Of a stretch of 32,000 bases of DNA, positions 31,010 through 32,000 are shown in pieces. Origin of the DNA: Candidatus Saccharimonadota bacterium (lineage in GTDB: Bacteria > Patescibacteriota > Gracilibacteria > Absconditabacterales > Absconditicoccaceae); contig CP006913.1 of assembly GCA_000503875.1 (NCBI GenBank), positions 450,001-482,000 of the forward strand. Direction: 5' to 3'. Under the pieces are notes generated by a model. It was not told the DNA's origin and did not search any database. It saw only the letters and a list, made by a program, of their open reading frames with translations. Within the stretch, counting starts at the first letter, position 1; the number at the start of each line of letters is the position of its first letter. Made by a program: the position numbers and the translations under genes.

Positions 31010-31783
31010 ATGACCGTAGAAACCATTTCTATCAACGAACAAATGCAAATAGAAACGAAAGAATCTAAAGATTCTACTTTTTGGAAAAATGAAATAATAA
31101 AGTATATAGAAAAAGCAAAAATAGATACCCACAAACGAAAACCAACGTTAGAAAAAGAAGATGATATATTAAATGATATTCGAAAAAATATTCAGAATTT
31201 AGCAATGCAAGCAAAAAGTTATTATATCCATAAAAAGAATACTCAGAAAATAAAATTTGAAGTTGGAAAAAGAGATTTTCCAGAAAAATTTAGAGAAAAA
31301 GTTATAAAAAAACTCAATAAAAAACTTTTCCAAATAAACGCTGAAGATATTAAAAATGAATTAGAAAGAGCATATCAAAAAGAGCATCAAAAAGAAATAC
31401 ACCAGTACCAAAGTATAGAAGAAAAATGGAGAAGATTAGAACAAATGTGTATCCGATGAAGCAAAAAAAGAGCGATAAGAACGTTAGTAAATGGAAGTCT
31501 TTTTAAAAATTTAATAAATCAACCAGAAAACAATCGTTTCACCTATACAACAAAAACAAGCAAAAAGCTTTATGATGTTGTAGTATTAGGTAAAGAAACA
31601 GTAAATGATAAAACTATATATCAGCTAGAAATGGCAGAGGGAAAACCATTAAAATTTGCTGTATCAATGGATAAAAATCAAGAGGAGCACTTCTTTCAAA
31701 CAAGCAAAAATACCTCAACAATAGAATGATTACAAGAAATAGAAGACACTATATACAATTTCCTCAACAAGATCCCTTGATAA
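31010..31783 (+). CDS. hypothetical protein, 257 aa, highly charged N-terminal half
   Basis: Track ORF 31010-31459 continues through TGA at 31457-31459 and two more to TAA at 31781-31783. Confidence 0.55.
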
Positions 31784-31799
31784 GTAAGGGATTTTTTTT
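31772..31799 (+). terminator. intrinsic terminator overlapping the stop codon
   Basis: ATCCCTT-GATAAGT-AAGGGAT followed by T8. Confidence 0.8.
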
Positions 31800-31831
31800 A
31801 TAAAACGGATAATTTACTATCAATAAAATAT

Positions 31832-32000
31832 ATGAAACACTACGTTGTACGAGAGGGAAAAACCCCTTGAATTTATGATTCACGAGATAATTGTTTACCC
31901 AATGTTTCTTGATTTTCTGGTGCAAAATACAAATCATTTAAGACCAAACAAGAAGCAGAAATAGCATACAAAAAACCGTATACAGAATATTACGAAACCA
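31832..32000 (+). CDS. rnhA: ribonuclease H1, N-terminal hybrid-binding domain (3' end outside window)
   Basis: The sequence is MKHYVVREGKTP[G]IYDS[CGA]DNCLPNVS[G]FSGAKYKSFKTKQEAEIAY. This matches the RNase H1 / caulimovirus-VI N-terminal domain pattern YvV..G..pGIY.sW.ec...v.Gf.gAkyKsF....eA. Confidence 0.8.

Noticed and set aside
1-32000. The many short adjacent same-frame ORFs in the supplied track looked like pseudogenes, frameshifts or a decaying genome.
   Set aside because: Every break I examined is a single in-frame TGA at a conserved Gly. Reading through restores full-length SufB, IspH, MurA, PilB, MiaB, HisRS, SerRS, GlyRS and others with intact motifs. The fragmentation is a genetic-code artefact, not decay.
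1-32000. TGA might encode Trp (table 4, Mycoplasma-like), given the low GC.
   Set aside because: The TGA positions align to invariant glycines (Walker A GSGKT, CPGCG, GGRYxxL, the SufB terminal SVG), not to tryptophans. Trp columns are occupied by TGG or CGA instead.
1-32000. Search for mobile elements, prophage genes, CRISPR arrays, toxin-antitoxin or known defence genes.
   Set aside because: I recognised no transposase, integrase, Cas, restriction or abortive-infection motifs, and no long inverted or direct repeats. The orphan ORFs remain uncharacterised, so this is absence of evidence from reading by eye only.

Overview
This is an AT-rich, gene-dense chromosomal window from a bacterium that does not use the standard genetic code. 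Inside every recognisable gene, the breaks in the supplied standard-code ORF track are in-frame TGA codons. These TGAs fall on conserved glycines, for example the Walker A motif GPTGS[G]KTT, SufB AVWSG[G]TFIYIPK[G]V with the C-terminal SV[G], and IspH GKQ[G]HQE. That is translation table 25 (Gracilibacteria / Absconditabacteria-SR1, CPR/Patescibacteria). CGA codons also sit on invariant tryptophan columns in at least seven unrelated families, while CGT/CGC and AGA behave as Arg. This points to a second reassignment, CGA to Trp. After re-joining fragments by hand under that code I call 36 CDS. The recognisable ones are sufC (partial), sufB, an HD phosphohydrolase, a secreted GH26-like hydrolase, ispH, murA, a 2-oxoacid:ferredoxin oxidoreductase alpha/beta pair, a PilB/GspE ATPase, a membrane EEP-family protein, miaB, hisS, an SLT-like secreted protein, a DUF2304-GT2 fusion, serS, two tandem CheY-like receivers, smpB, glyQS, a HIT protein and the N-terminus of RNase H1. 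The rest are orphan ORFs. I also call tRNA-Thr(GGU), tRNA-Cys(GCA), about a dozen intrinsic terminators and a few sigma70-like promoters. No rRNA, CRISPR array, transposase or integrase was recognised. The most notable items are the dual recoding and a roughly 365-nt GC-enriched non-coding island (30070-30434) with its own promoter and terminator that I could not assign to any RNA family. Others are an orphan three-gene block that separates sufC from sufB, and a tandem duplication of orphan receiver genes that includes their terminators. All translations and coordinates were done by hand, so starts of orphan genes and hairpin boundaries may be off by a few nucleotides.
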